Shown piece after piece: positions 29,157 to 37,807 of a DNA stretch of 64,000 nt. The stretch is from Hyphomicrobiaceae bacterium. Its GTDB lineage: Bacteria > Pseudomonadota > Alphaproteobacteria > Rhizobiales > Hyphomicrobiaceae. The stretch covers positions 1,534,245 through 1,598,244 of the forward strand of contig CBDCUC010000040.1 of assembly GCA_965222485.1 (NCBI GenBank), in the 5' to 3' direction. Both the position numbers and the translations under genes were made by a program. The notes under the pieces were generated by a model. That model made no database searches and was not told where the DNA came from. It saw only the letters and a list, made by a program, of their open reading frames with translations. How positions within the stretch are numbered: the first letter of the stretch is position 1; each line of letters opens with the position of its first letter.

Positions 29157-31289
29157 ATGGTGTTAGGTGGTGGCTTTCTGCGCGGTTACCGTGTGCTGGC
29201 AACATTGATGCTGGCGACCGTCGCCATCTCGGTTGCGGGCGACAGAGCGTCGGCTGGCGACGATGAGCGGCAGCTGTGGCACGGCTGGGTCGAGCTTGGC
29301 GGCTTTTATGTCTCGGACGATGCCAGCCGCGGCGAAGCCGTGGTGTTCTCTCCCCTCATGCACGGCCAGCGCGATATGTTGTTTGCAGACCTGCGCGGCA
29401 AGTTCTTTGAAGATGACGTGAGCGAAGGCAATTTTGCGCTGGGATACAGGCGTATGTCGCTCACCGGCTTCAATTTCGGTGCCTGGGTCGGCGTTGATAT
29501 CCGCAACACCGAGATCGACAACACCTTCCATCAATTGTCCGGCGGTTTTGAAGCGCTGTCGCACAACTTCGATGCACGTGTGAATTGGTACGGTCCCGGT
29601 ACGGATGCCGAAGCGGGAGCGCTTGGCTTTACGGACGTCGTGCTCGAAGGCAACAACATCTTCATGATTGGCGGCCAGGAGGTCATGCTGCAGGGTGTGG
29701 ATGGCGAACTGGGTGTTCGCCTGCCAGTGGAGTGGCTCAATCTCAACTCCAATCAGATTGAAGTGCGCGCCTATGGCGGTGGCTTCTACTTCGATGACGG
29801 TGATGCGCTGGAAGAGGTTGCCGGCGGGCGCGGGCGGCTCGTCTTGGCGATCAACGACGTCATCCCGCAGATGCCGGGCTCTAAGCTGACGGCGGAATAC
29901 GAATACAGCTATGACGACGTGCGCGAGGACCGGCATGAGGTGGGTGCGCGGCTTCGGATCCCCTTCCATAAGGCGCCGGGCCTGGGTAATTCGCTGACGC
30001 GGATGAGCCCGCAGGAGCGGCGCATGATGGACGGGCTTGAGCGCGATACCGATATCATCACGGTCAAAAGCGACCGCGAGAACGTTGAAGATTTCCTGAC
30101 GGATGTTGATTTTGATCGTGTTGCGTTTGTGAACTCCGGTGGCAGCGTGACCGATACCTCAGAAAAGGCCGGCGCGAACTCATTACTGATTGTCAACGGT
30201 ACTATTGTCGGGCGTCAGCGCGTGCAAGGCGACCAGACGGTGCAAGGCGGCGGGTCGACGATCCAAGTGCGCGGCTTAAAGACAGGCGCGGTTGCCAACT
30301 TCACGGCACCCGGGTCAAGGCCGACACTGACGAATGGCGGTGGCAACATCGTGCGGCTGTTGGGTGACAATACACACATTCATGGTCTGCTGATCGATGG
30401 GCGGGGAACCAACAACAATGGTATCAGGGGAGGCGGCCGCAAGACCAACATCGTGATCGCCGACAACATCATTCGCAACACCGGCAATGACGGCATTGCG
30501 TTCACGAACAACAACGATAATGTGCGCATTTTCGATAACGTCATCACCAATGCTGGTGATGAGGGCATCGACTTCGATAATAGAAATACGAACATCACCA
30601 TTGCCGGGAACACGATCACAGGGTCTGGTGATAATGGTATCGACTTCGATGACCGCAATACAAATATCCTTATTGAAGATACGGTGATTTCCGGTTCGGG
30701 CGATGACGGCCTGGATCTCGAAAGCCGCAACGAAATCACGATTTCCGGTACACGAATCGTGAATTCGAGCGACGACGGTATCTCGATGCTGAACCGCAAC
30801 GTTGTGTCGATCACGAACAGCTTGATCGATGGGGCTGGAGACGATGGCATTCAGGCTCGGCGTTTGAACACAATCTCTGTCGCTAACTCGACGATCACCA
30901 ATACCAGCTTCGGTGTCTTCCTTTTCAATCGATTTAATGAGCTGACGCTGTCGAATGTTACGATGTCAAATATTGGCTCGGATGGGCTGTTCATCGTTGC
31001 GGCTGACAACACGCTGCGTGTGACCAATTCGATATTTACAAATATCGGTGACGATGTCTTCGATCTGGCTCAGCGTACAACTTTGCTTGCTAGGGATAAC
31101 CGGGTCACGGGTACCGTTGGTCAAGATGTCTTCGACTTCCAGGGGGCGAATTCCGTCGTGCTTGCCGGAAGCACCGGCAATACCGTTACCGCAACGGTCG
31201 GGGACGAGTTGTGCGAGGGGACCGGCAACTTCACCGGTACACTTGAAATCAACGGAACGCTGTTCGTTGATGGCGCGACCTGCAACTAA
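29157..31289 (+). CDS. outer-membrane beta-barrel (N-terminal) plus parallel beta-helix PbH1-repeat (C-terminal) protein; inverse-autotransporter-like
   Basis: Signal peptide, then about 240 aa of alternating amphipathic beta-strands ending ...VGARLRIPF. After that come at least 8 repeats of the form N.GDDGI.F.....I.I.GN.I (for example NAGDEGIDFDNRNTNITIAGNTITGSGDNGIDFDDRNTNILIED). GAGGGG RBS lies 9 nt upstream of ATG 29157. Confidence 0.7.
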   Translation: MVLGGGFLRGYRVLATLMLATVAISVAGDRASAGDDERQLWHGWVELGGFYVSDDASRGEAVVFSPLMHGQRDMLFADLRGKFFEDDVSEGNFALGYRRMSLTGFNFGAWVGVDIRNTEIDNTFHQLSGGFEALSHNFDARVNWYGPGTDAEAGALGFTDVVLEGNNIFMIGGQEVMLQGVDGELGVRLPVEWLNLNSNQIEVRAYGGGFYFDDGDALEEVAGGRGRLVLAINDVIPQMPGSKLTAEYEYSYDDVREDRHEVGARLRIPFHKAPGLGNSLTRMSPQERRMMDGLERDTDIITVKSDRENVEDFLTDVDFDRVAFVNSGGSVTDTSEKAGANSLLIVNGTIVGRQRVQGDQTVQGGGSTIQVRGLKTGAVANFTAPGSRPTLTNGGGNIVRLLGDNTHIHGLLIDGRGTNNNGIRGGGRKTNIVIADNIIRNTGNDGIAFTNNNDNVRIFDNVITNAGDEGIDFDNRNTNITIAGNTITGSGDNGIDFDDRNTNILIEDTVISGSGDDGLDLESRNEITISGTRIVNSSDDGISMLNRNVVSITNSLIDGAGDDGIQARRLNTISVANSTITNTSFGVFLFNRFNELTLSNVTMSNIGSDGLFIVAADNTLRVTNSIFTNIGDDVFDLAQRTTLLARDNRVTGTVGQDVFDFQGANSVVLAGSTGNTVTATVGDELCEGTGNFTGTLEINGTLFVDGATCN
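30400..30920 (+). repeat. imperfect tandem approx. 66-bp coding repeats (PbH1 units) inside 29157-31289
   Basis: Repeated DNA blocks such as GGTGATGAGGGCATCGACTTCGATAATAGAAATACGAACATCACC and GGTGATAATGGTATCGACTTCGATGACCGCAATACAAATATCCT recur with a period of about 66 bp. Confidence 0.6.
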
Positions 31290-31528
31290 AGCTCTGCTGC
31301 ACGTCATGGCATGACTCATCGCTGGCCCGCCGGCGGCGCGTCGGGCTGGTCGAGGGCTGCGGCGATACTCATTGCATTAAGAAGTCTTCTCTATCATTTG
31401 GCCGCGAATGGCCCGGAGCGTGCAGTTTGCCAGTATTTCGGCTCAAGCAAACGCGCCTCTTTTCATTACATCCGGGTTTTCGGTGCAAATCATCCGTTAA
31501 GGAGCGTTATCAAGCCGTGAACAAAGTT

Positions 31529-32485
31529 ATGCGTATGGGTGCGGTCGGTGTTGCAGCTTTGCTGCTTTCCGGTTGCGCAGGTGAATCGGTGCAGGTGCCG
31601 CCGGCTTATGTCGGCAAGATTTTGAGCAAAGATGGCTTCCAGCCCGGGCTTATCTCGCCATCGCAATTCCGCTTGCCGATTTGTTTCTTTTATTGTGACC
31701 GCCTGATTGTCGTTGAGTCGAGCGACTTTGGCCTCAAGGAAGAATTCCGGGGTGAGCACGCGCTTTACATGCCGAAGTCGGAACTGGCGATGCCGTTCGA
31801 TGTGCGGGGCACGTTCTCGGTGCGCAATGATGAGAAGGTTTTGCAGTCCGTGTTTGACCGCATTCCCGCAGACTCGCCCAGGGGTGTGCTGAGCGGGCTT
31901 GCGCACGGTGTGATCAGCCAGCAGAAGATCTACCGTACTTACGGTGCCGCCGTTGTGCGTGACGTGGTGCGCCGGGTGATCTCCAAGTACACAATCGAAG
32001 AGGTGGCTTCTTCGCGCGCTGCCATCAATGCGCAACTCATTGAAGCCATGAACAAGGCGTTGCAAAAGACGCCTCTCGTCGCGCGGCGCTTCGGTCTGGC
32101 GGATGTACGTTTTCCAAAAGTTATTCTGGATCAGAAGGAGACGGCTGCACGCCGTCGTATAGCGATCCAGCAGGAAGAAGCGGAAAAGCAGATCAGGCTG
32201 GTTAAACTACAAGCCGATTTGGAAGCAGCGCGTGCCGAACGTCAAATCCGGCGGGAACGGGCGCAGGCGGTGCTGGAAGAAAACAAGATTTATGCCGAAT
32301 CCGTTTCCGACAAGTATCTTTCTTACCGGCGCCTTGAAGTGCTGGAGAAGCTTGCTTCCAGCCAGAACACCAAGTGGGTGCCATTTGAAGCGCTGGGCAC
32401 CGTTGGCCAAAGCGTCGCCACGTTCGCCCGTTCAAATGCCGCGCCAGCTGCGGCACCGGCGCCAGCCGCTCAACCGGGAGAGTGA
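31529..32485 (+). CDS. SPFH/band-7 domain lipoprotein with C-terminal coiled coil
   Basis: Lipoprotein signal MRMGAVGVAALLLSGCAG. SPFH core (...YRTYGAAVVRDVVRRVISKYTIEEV...) then a coiled coil (EKQIRLVKLQADLEAARAERQIRRERAQAV). The track's TTG start at 31427 adds a non-coding-looking extension. Confidence 0.75.
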   Translation: MRMGAVGVAALLLSGCAGESVQVPPAYVGKILSKDGFQPGLISPSQFRLPICFFYCDRLIVVESSDFGLKEEFRGEHALYMPKSELAMPFDVRGTFSVRNDEKVLQSVFDRIPADSPRGVLSGLAHGVISQQKIYRTYGAAVVRDVVRRVISKYTIEEVASSRAAINAQLIEAMNKALQKTPLVARRFGLADVRFPKVILDQKETAARRRIAIQQEEAEKQIRLVKLQADLEAARAERQIRRERAQAVLEENKIYAESVSDKYLSYRRLEVLEKLASSQNTKWVPFEALGTVGQSVATFARSNAAPAAAPAPAAQPGE

Positions 32486-32490
32486 TTGAG

Positions 32491-32895
32491 ATGGAGCTTC
32501 GAGTTAATCCGGAAGCGGTCGGGCTTGGTGCCTATCAGGCGGTGCTGGCGATTGTCGGGCTGATTATCCTGTTTGCACTTGCTTGGAGAGCTTTCAAGGC
32601 GTGGGTGAATTTGCGCTCCAAAGGCAGGCCGCTAAACAACAAGGAGCTGGTGGCCGTTGCCTGGCCGCCGGTTGCATGGCTGGCGTTGTTGGCGATTGCC
32701 GGTGTTCTGTTTTCCACGATGCAGGCCTATGGTCCGCGTGTCGCGATTCCTAAAACGGATCTCACGATCAACGCGCCGGACGGCAAGACCGGGGGCGTCA
32801 GGGACTTGTCGCCCGAGACGCTGTCGGATGAAGAGAGATTGAAAGAGCAGCGGCGTCTTGAAGCGGAGACGAAGTCGCGGGTCGATTTGGATTAG
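32491..32895 (+). CDS. small two-TM membrane protein, translationally coupled to the SPFH gene
   Basis: Its start overlaps the SPFH stop: GTG 32482 or ATG 32491 within GAGTGATTGAGATGGAG. Two hydrophobic helices (LAIVGLIILFALAW, WLALLAIAGVLF) precede an acidic C-terminus. Confidence 0.5.
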   Translation: MELRVNPEAVGLGAYQAVLAIVGLIILFALAWRAFKAWVNLRSKGRPLNNKELVAVAWPPVAWLALLAIAGVLFSTMQAYGPRVAIPKTDLTINAPDGKTGGVRDLSPETLSDEERLKEQRRLEAETKSRVDLD

Positions 32896-32919
32896 GATTG
32901 TTGATTGAGTGCTGACAGC

Positions 32920-33690
32920 TTAGTCGTCATCATCTAGTAAAGCGACGACGCGTGCGGGTGCTGCCGAAGCCCCCACAAGGGGTAAGGGAAAGACGCAGAC
33001 CTTGAAACCGTGTGCGGGCAGGGCGCCGAGATTGCACAATTGCTCCATGTGCCAGTAACGGTGTTTGCGCCCGACAAGGTGTGCTTCCCAAAACAGCGTG
33101 TTGTCCCGATTGGCAATGGCGCGTTTGATCAGGATGTGGAAGGGCAGGTCCCACCCCCACTGGTCGATCCCCATGACCTCGATGCCCTGTTCAATCAACC
33201 ATTCGGTTGAAGCAGCTGTCATTCCTGTGCCGCGCTGCCAATAGTCCTTCTGGCGTATGTAACGGTCCCGGCCAGTGTGGATGAGGGCGATTGTTCCCGG
33301 TTTGAGTTGCGCACCAGTACGCTCCAGATCCTTTTCAAGATCGTGGACCGTGATGGGCTCGCCGTCTTCTTTGTGCGTCATGTCAAAGACGATGCCGGGC
33401 GCGAAGCATTTTTCCAATGGCATGGCTTCGATGGTTTCGGCCGGTTCACCGTTGCAGGTGGGGCCGTAGTGCCATGGCGCGTCGATGTGCGTTGTCGAAT
33501 GCACACCCATTTTTGTGATGGTGTCGTCGGCCCATCCAACGAAATCTTTTGGAAATAGATTGAATGGCAGGCCCAGGTAACGGACCAACCAGCGTGATAT
33601 CGAATGGCGTTTGTGTTTGACCTTGACGCGCAGAAAGAATGGATCGTCGGGGTTGTCGATGATCGGTTTTGATAGGTCGACGATTTTCAT
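32920..33690 (-). CDS. cyclase-family protein (kynurenine formamidase-like)
   Basis: GVHSTTHIDAPWHY matches the HxGTHxDAPxH metal-binding motif of the putative cyclase family. Start lies 10 bp after the FAH gene stop. Confidence 0.75.
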   Translation of the reverse strand: MKIVDLSKPIIDNPDDPFFLRVKVKHKRHSISRWLVRYLGLPFNLFPKDFVGWADDTITKMGVHSTTHIDAPWHYGPTCNGEPAETIEAMPLEKCFAPGIVFDMTHKEDGEPITVHDLEKDLERTGAQLKPGTIALIHTGRDRYIRQKDYWQRGTGMTAASTEWLIEQGIEVMGIDQWGWDLPFHILIKRAIANRDNTLFWEAHLVGRKHRYWHMEQLCNLGALPAHGFKVCVFPLPLVGASAAPARVVALLDDDD

Positions 33691-33699
33691 GGACCTGCC

Positions 33700-34617
33700 T
33701 CACACGATGCGATTTGAAAGTGCGCCCAAGCGTTCAATGCGAAGTTCGATTTCGTCGCCGCGCGATAACATGTTGCCGTTTTCCAGCCCCGAGCCACCTG
33801 GCAACGTACCGGTCGCAAACACTTCGCCGGGGTGGATCTGCTCACCAGTTGAGGCATGAGCGATGGCTTCGGCAAGGGAAAACTTGGCGCCGGCGGATGA
33901 AACATCGGCGATATGAACACCGTTGATCCACACAGAGCCAGAAAGATTGTAGATGTGAGGCAGGATCGCGTCGGCCGTTACCGCGATTGACGACATCGCA
34001 TTGGCAAAATGCTTTGACTTCTGCAGGCCCAGCCCGCTGTCCATCTCCGCCTTCTGGCAATCGCGCGCACTGAAGTCATTGAGGATGACGAATGCGCCGA
34101 TCGCCGCCTCAGCTTCGGCGGTTGTGGCATTCAAGAGCGGCTTTGTAGTGACGCAGGCCAGCTCCAATTCGTAGTCGATGACGTTGGAATAGGCAGGCCA
34201 CTGGATTTCGTCGCCATCGGCGAACACGTTGAGATGGTTGCCCATGTAGTAGATGGGCTGACGGTACCAAAGCGGTTTTGGTTTCAGAAGTGGAAAATCT
34301 CGACCGGATACTTTTTCGTAGACGTCGACGAGTCGCGACAGCGGAGGCATGAAATGACGGATGTAGCCGCGGGTAGCGTCAATGACGTGCCGCTCATAAA
34401 GCATGAAGTCGCGCAGTGAGCGCGGTTGAAAGGGGAGCATCAGTAGATCGGGTTTTGATGTTTGCGGCGTGGCCCCTCTCACCTGGTCTTCAAGTTTGTC
34501 TGGTTCCTTAAGGAGTGCAACAAGGTCGTCGCCCTCGCCAGGAAGGTCCGCCCAGCCGGATTCGATCCTGGCCTGCAGTAGAGTTTTTTCAGCCCTGCGG
34601 ATGCGTCTGAGCTGCAT
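33700..34617 (-). CDS. fumarylacetoacetate hydrolase (FAH) family protein
   Basis: IDYELELACV...GAFVILNDFSARD...KSKHF...GTLPG gives the FAH-fold metal-binding carboxylates. Confidence 0.8.
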   Translation of the reverse strand: MQLRRIRRAEKTLLQARIESGWADLPGEGDDLVALLKEPDKLEDQVRGATPQTSKPDLLMLPFQPRSLRDFMLYERHVIDATRGYIRHFMPPLSRLVDVYEKVSGRDFPLLKPKPLWYRQPIYYMGNHLNVFADGDEIQWPAYSNVIDYELELACVTTKPLLNATTAEAEAAIGAFVILNDFSARDCQKAEMDSGLGLQKSKHFANAMSSIAVTADAILPHIYNLSGSVWINGVHIADVSSAGAKFSLAEAIAHASTGEQIHPGEVFATGTLPGGSGLENGNMLSRGDEIELRIERLGALSNRIV

Positions 34618-34627
34618 TGCGGCCTTG

Positions 34628-36031
34628 CTACTTTGATGAGACGTCTAGCGAGTATTCGCCGGCGGCGGACCCGTGATAATCGCGGACGGCGACGTAGAGT
34701 TTGCCACCTTGATTTCCGTTGACCGTGTGGGCCAGGTCGGCGCCGGGTGTTGTATTGTATGGCGATGCGAAATTCGTTTTGGATGCGTTGTAGATGTAAA
34801 ATCGTGGGTGCAGCGTCGTGGATCGGTTTTCAAGCTTGATTGTCAACTTGGCTTTGTCGTCGACATTGGATGTGTCGAAAACAAACATGTCGACGTCTTT
34901 GCCGTCCATGATCTTTGCCGTGGTGGGTGAGTTCAATGTTGCCGCGGTCGCGGTCAACAGGCCGTCGTTGGGTTCGAATTCGTCGTAAGCCTTAGCCGGC
35001 GTGATGGTCAGAAGATAAAGGCCGGTCGAGTTTCCATGGTAATTGCTGACCCGGACGAAGAATTTGGATTCAGGCGCAGCGACCAATGAATATTGGAGGT
35101 CGGCACCGCGGGTGGTGCTGTACGGTGCGGCGAGTTCCTGCTTGTCCTTATTATAAATGATAAATCTGGGTTCCAATGTCGTTGAGCGGTTCTCTAGCTT
35201 GATGGTAATCCAATCGCGGTACTTGGGTGGCGTTTGGAAGAGGAAGAAATCGTAATCCTTGGCAGTCCCGATGGCGCCTGAAATGGTTTCGTCCATGGGG
35301 ACTGTGTTTGTCTTGAGGAGCGTGTTGTTGGGTTCGCTTTCCTCACCTTTGACGTCGACATTGCTCGGTGGCGTGATTTCCAATTTGCGCAAGGCTTCTG
35401 ATTTGGCCACCGCGACGACTTCCTTGTTGAACTCCTTTGAGATCTTCGTTGCGGCAGCGACCTTCTCCTTTATTTTTTCCTGCCGTTCGATGTCAGCAAG
35501 CTTCGGGGCTGCGTGGGCGGCTGCTCCGGTCGGTACGGCTGCAACAGTGACAGCTTTGGGCAGCGCATCCTTGACCAGCGTGATCAATTCGCTGATCTGG
35601 TCGTCGTAGGCGCGTGTTTTTTCCTTGCAGCTCAAGAACTGTTCCGGGTTCAAGCGGCCATGGTCCAAGGCCGTGCAGCATGTTTTCAGATTGAGCGCGG
35701 TCATTTGCGCGCGGTCGCTTAATTCGGCGACTTTGCTGCGGCCCAATTGAATTGCGCCATCTGCTTTGAGAAATCCGATTTTTGCCGAGAATGCCGTCTC
35801 GGTCTGTCGGAAGATGGCGTCGCATGGTGCGATGTGCTGCTGGGTCAGGTCATAGGCCAGGTAGATTGCAGCGGGAACGCATAGCGCTCCAATGACAGCG
35901 GCCAAGGCGATATGTGGCTTGTCTGGCAGCCAGTCGAACAGCCGCCGGAACGTTGCGCGCAACTCATCGATTGTCAAAGAGTTCCGGCCGCCGTTTTGCG
36001 GTCGGTCGCTTTGCGCCTTTGTCTCCGGCAT
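34628..36031 (-). CDS. membrane-anchored protein with two tandem PPC (pre-peptidase C-terminal)-like domains
   Basis: N-terminal TM helix (HIALAAVIGALCVPAAIYLAY), a Cys-containing periplasmic region, then two approx. 115 aa repeats. Each repeat begins EPN(N/D)..L......(D/N)...G.I.....D.D.F.F and ends G.Y.L.(I/V), which is the PPC signature. AAGGGGA RBS lies 9 nt before ATG 36031; the track's TTG start is 36058. Confidence 0.6.
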   Translation of the reverse strand: MPETKAQSDRPQNGGRNSLTIDELRATFRRLFDWLPDKPHIALAAVIGALCVPAAIYLAYDLTQQHIAPCDAIFRQTETAFSAKIGFLKADGAIQLGRSKVAELSDRAQMTALNLKTCCTALDHGRLNPEQFLSCKEKTRAYDDQISELITLVKDALPKAVTVAAVPTGAAAHAAPKLADIERQEKIKEKVAAATKISKEFNKEVVAVAKSEALRKLEITPPSNVDVKGEESEPNNTLLKTNTVPMDETISGAIGTAKDYDFFLFQTPPKYRDWITIKLENRSTTLEPRFIIYNKDKQELAAPYSTTRGADLQYSLVAAPESKFFVRVSNYHGNSTGLYLLTITPAKAYDEFEPNDGLLTATAATLNSPTTAKIMDGKDVDMFVFDTSNVDDKAKLTIKLENRSTTLHPRFYIYNASKTNFASPYNTTPGADLAHTVNGNQGGKLYVAVRDYHGSAAGEYSLDVSSK

Positions 36032-36388
36032 CAGCCCATCCCCTTTTGCAATCGACAAAGATGATCGCGTGAGGTCCGTCTAATTGCAAGAGCACGTGGC
36101 CCTATCCACACGGGTTTGTTGGGGGAGGGGCTTATATGTCGGTTTGATATCTCCTGCACAAACAGCGGCTGAACGTCCTAATGGGTCCGCCGCGATTTAA
36201 ATGACAGCCGCTAGCGCTCTCAATGCTATCGGGCCAGTTCCGTCCGCCGAAAGCCGCAGCTACCGTATGACTGTTCTAGGTAGGCACTTTATCGTCAGTC
36301 GAGGCGTTGAAGCTTTGCATTCACTCCCAGCACCAGGCACTTGACTGCGGCCTGCCACGGCAAGATCGCATTGAAAGTTTGAACCTTT

Positions 36389-37147
36389 TTGCAGTTCGTC
36401 GCGACAGAAAGTTATGCGATGAACTGGGAGGTTCCAATGCACGTCAGCGACGCAAATCTGACTGACAAGCTGAGATCTACCGAAGCCGCCCTTGCCCAAA
36501 GCGAAGCGCTATTGGCGAAAGTACTTCCAGCTTTCATAATCGAACGCCTCAAGGCTCAACCCGAGGCGCAGATCGCCGAATGCTATAATGAGGCTTCGGT
36601 CTTGTTTGCCGACATCAAGGGTTTTGTTGCAATCGCACACAAGCTTGGAACGCGACGCACAGTCGACCTCCTCAATCGTCTGACGTGTGCCTTTGATGCC
36701 TTGGCAGAAGCGCATGGTGCTGAGAAAATTAAGACTATCGGGGACGGCTATATGGCCGTTGCTGGCGTCGTGACCCAGCCCCAAGACGATCATAGCGAGC
36801 GGCTCGTGCGCCTGGCCAATGGAATGATCGAAACGGCAGCGGATATCGGCAATGCGTTTTCCGTGAGCCTCAAACTGCGCGTCGGCATCGCCACCGGCCC
36901 AGTTGCTGCTGGGGTTATCGGAGCCAGTAAGTTCGCGTTCGACGTCTGGGGCGAGACTGTCAATCTAGCGTCGCGGCTCGAGAGCCTCGCTGATGTAAAC
37001 GAAATCCTCGTTTCAGAGGCGGTAAAGACCAACCTTGCCGATGCCTTCCGCCTCACCTCTCGTAGGATCGCCGATGTGAAAGGGCTCGGCGCATGCGAAC
37101 TGTGGTCAGTCGGTCCGGAACTACGGCCAAGCAGGCGTTTTCACTAG
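36389..37147 (+). CDS. class III adenylate/guanylate cyclase (catalytic CHD domain only)
   Basis: VLFADIKGF...KIKTIGDGYMAVAG...RVGIATGPVAAGVIG...FDVWGETVNLASRLES are the canonical CHD metal, substrate and transition-state residues. No sensor domain is attached. Confidence 0.75.
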   Translation: MQFVATESYAMNWEVPMHVSDANLTDKLRSTEAALAQSEALLAKVLPAFIIERLKAQPEAQIAECYNEASVLFADIKGFVAIAHKLGTRRTVDLLNRLTCAFDALAEAHGAEKIKTIGDGYMAVAGVVTQPQDDHSERLVRLANGMIETAADIGNAFSVSLKLRVGIATGPVAAGVIGASKFAFDVWGETVNLASRLESLADVNEILVSEAVKTNLADAFRLTSRRIADVKGLGACELWSVGPELRPSRRFH

Positions 37148-37440
37148 CCTTCTTTGCGCGCAATGGTTTGATCATCCCTTATTCGGGAGCGAACAAATAT
37201 TTCCGAAAGTATGTGCGTGCCCTTCGCACTCTTGCCCTCCCTCAGTACCGCTCTGCGTAGCATTCCAATTTATGGGCTAAAGGCCAAACGGTTCGAAATC
37301 GCGCAACGCCAACCTGGCCGCGTGCGCGTGGCGCACGCGCGTCACGAGTGGGGAGAGGGGGGCGATACGCCGGGTTTGGGTTACCGGCCAGCTGGGGAAG
37401 CATTGTTTTTGCAGAACAATTTATCCACAGCGCCATGCAA

Positions 37441-37495
37441 TATAGTTAATATTCCATTGACACCCATAAAATTCCATGGAATTCCATATATGCCC
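37441..37495 (+). promoter_or_regulatory. AT-rich island with three ATTCCAT direct repeats and a TTAA-N7-TTGA element, about 320 bp upstream of mraZ
   Basis: ATTCCAT occurs at 37451, 37471 and 37481, spaced 20 and 10 bp apart. TTAA (37446) TATTCCA TTGA (37457) resembles a CtrA-type TTAA-N7-TTAAC box. The region is strongly AT-rich against a roughly 60 percent GC background. Confidence 0.35.
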
Positions 37496-37807
37496 GTCCG
37501 CACCGGGCAACAGGACCGTGGTTGAGGCGCCAGCCTTGTCGAGGGCCGAGGCCTTGGCGACCACCACGGTCCGTCCCAACCGGCAAGGGTTGGGACCGGG
37601 AATGTTGAGCGAGACAAAGACGAAATCTGAAACGGCCGGGAGGTTTGCACGGCCTGAATGAGGAAAAGACCACGGTTGAACCGAACTCACGGCACATGAC
37701 CGGTCTGGTGTCGGCCACAACTGCTTCGATTGATTTGGCGTTCAAGGCGGACGTCGCCGTTAGAGTTGAGATGTAAGCGTTCCAGGTGAGGTTTAGACGC
37801 GAAAAGG

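Noticed and set aside
29163-29969. 268-aa minus-strand ORF
   Set aside because: It lies entirely antisense to the well-supported beta-barrel gene and has no recognisable motifs. This is a typical high-GC antisense open frame.
30400-30920. Possibility that the regular repeats are a CRISPR array
   Set aside because: The repeats are in-frame coding units of a beta-helix protein, are imperfect, and lack unique spacers.
37476-37661. 61-aa plus-strand ORF and overlapping minus ORFs in the mraZ leader
   Set aside because: They are mutually overlapping in several frames with no motifs. The region is better explained as structured non-coding leader.
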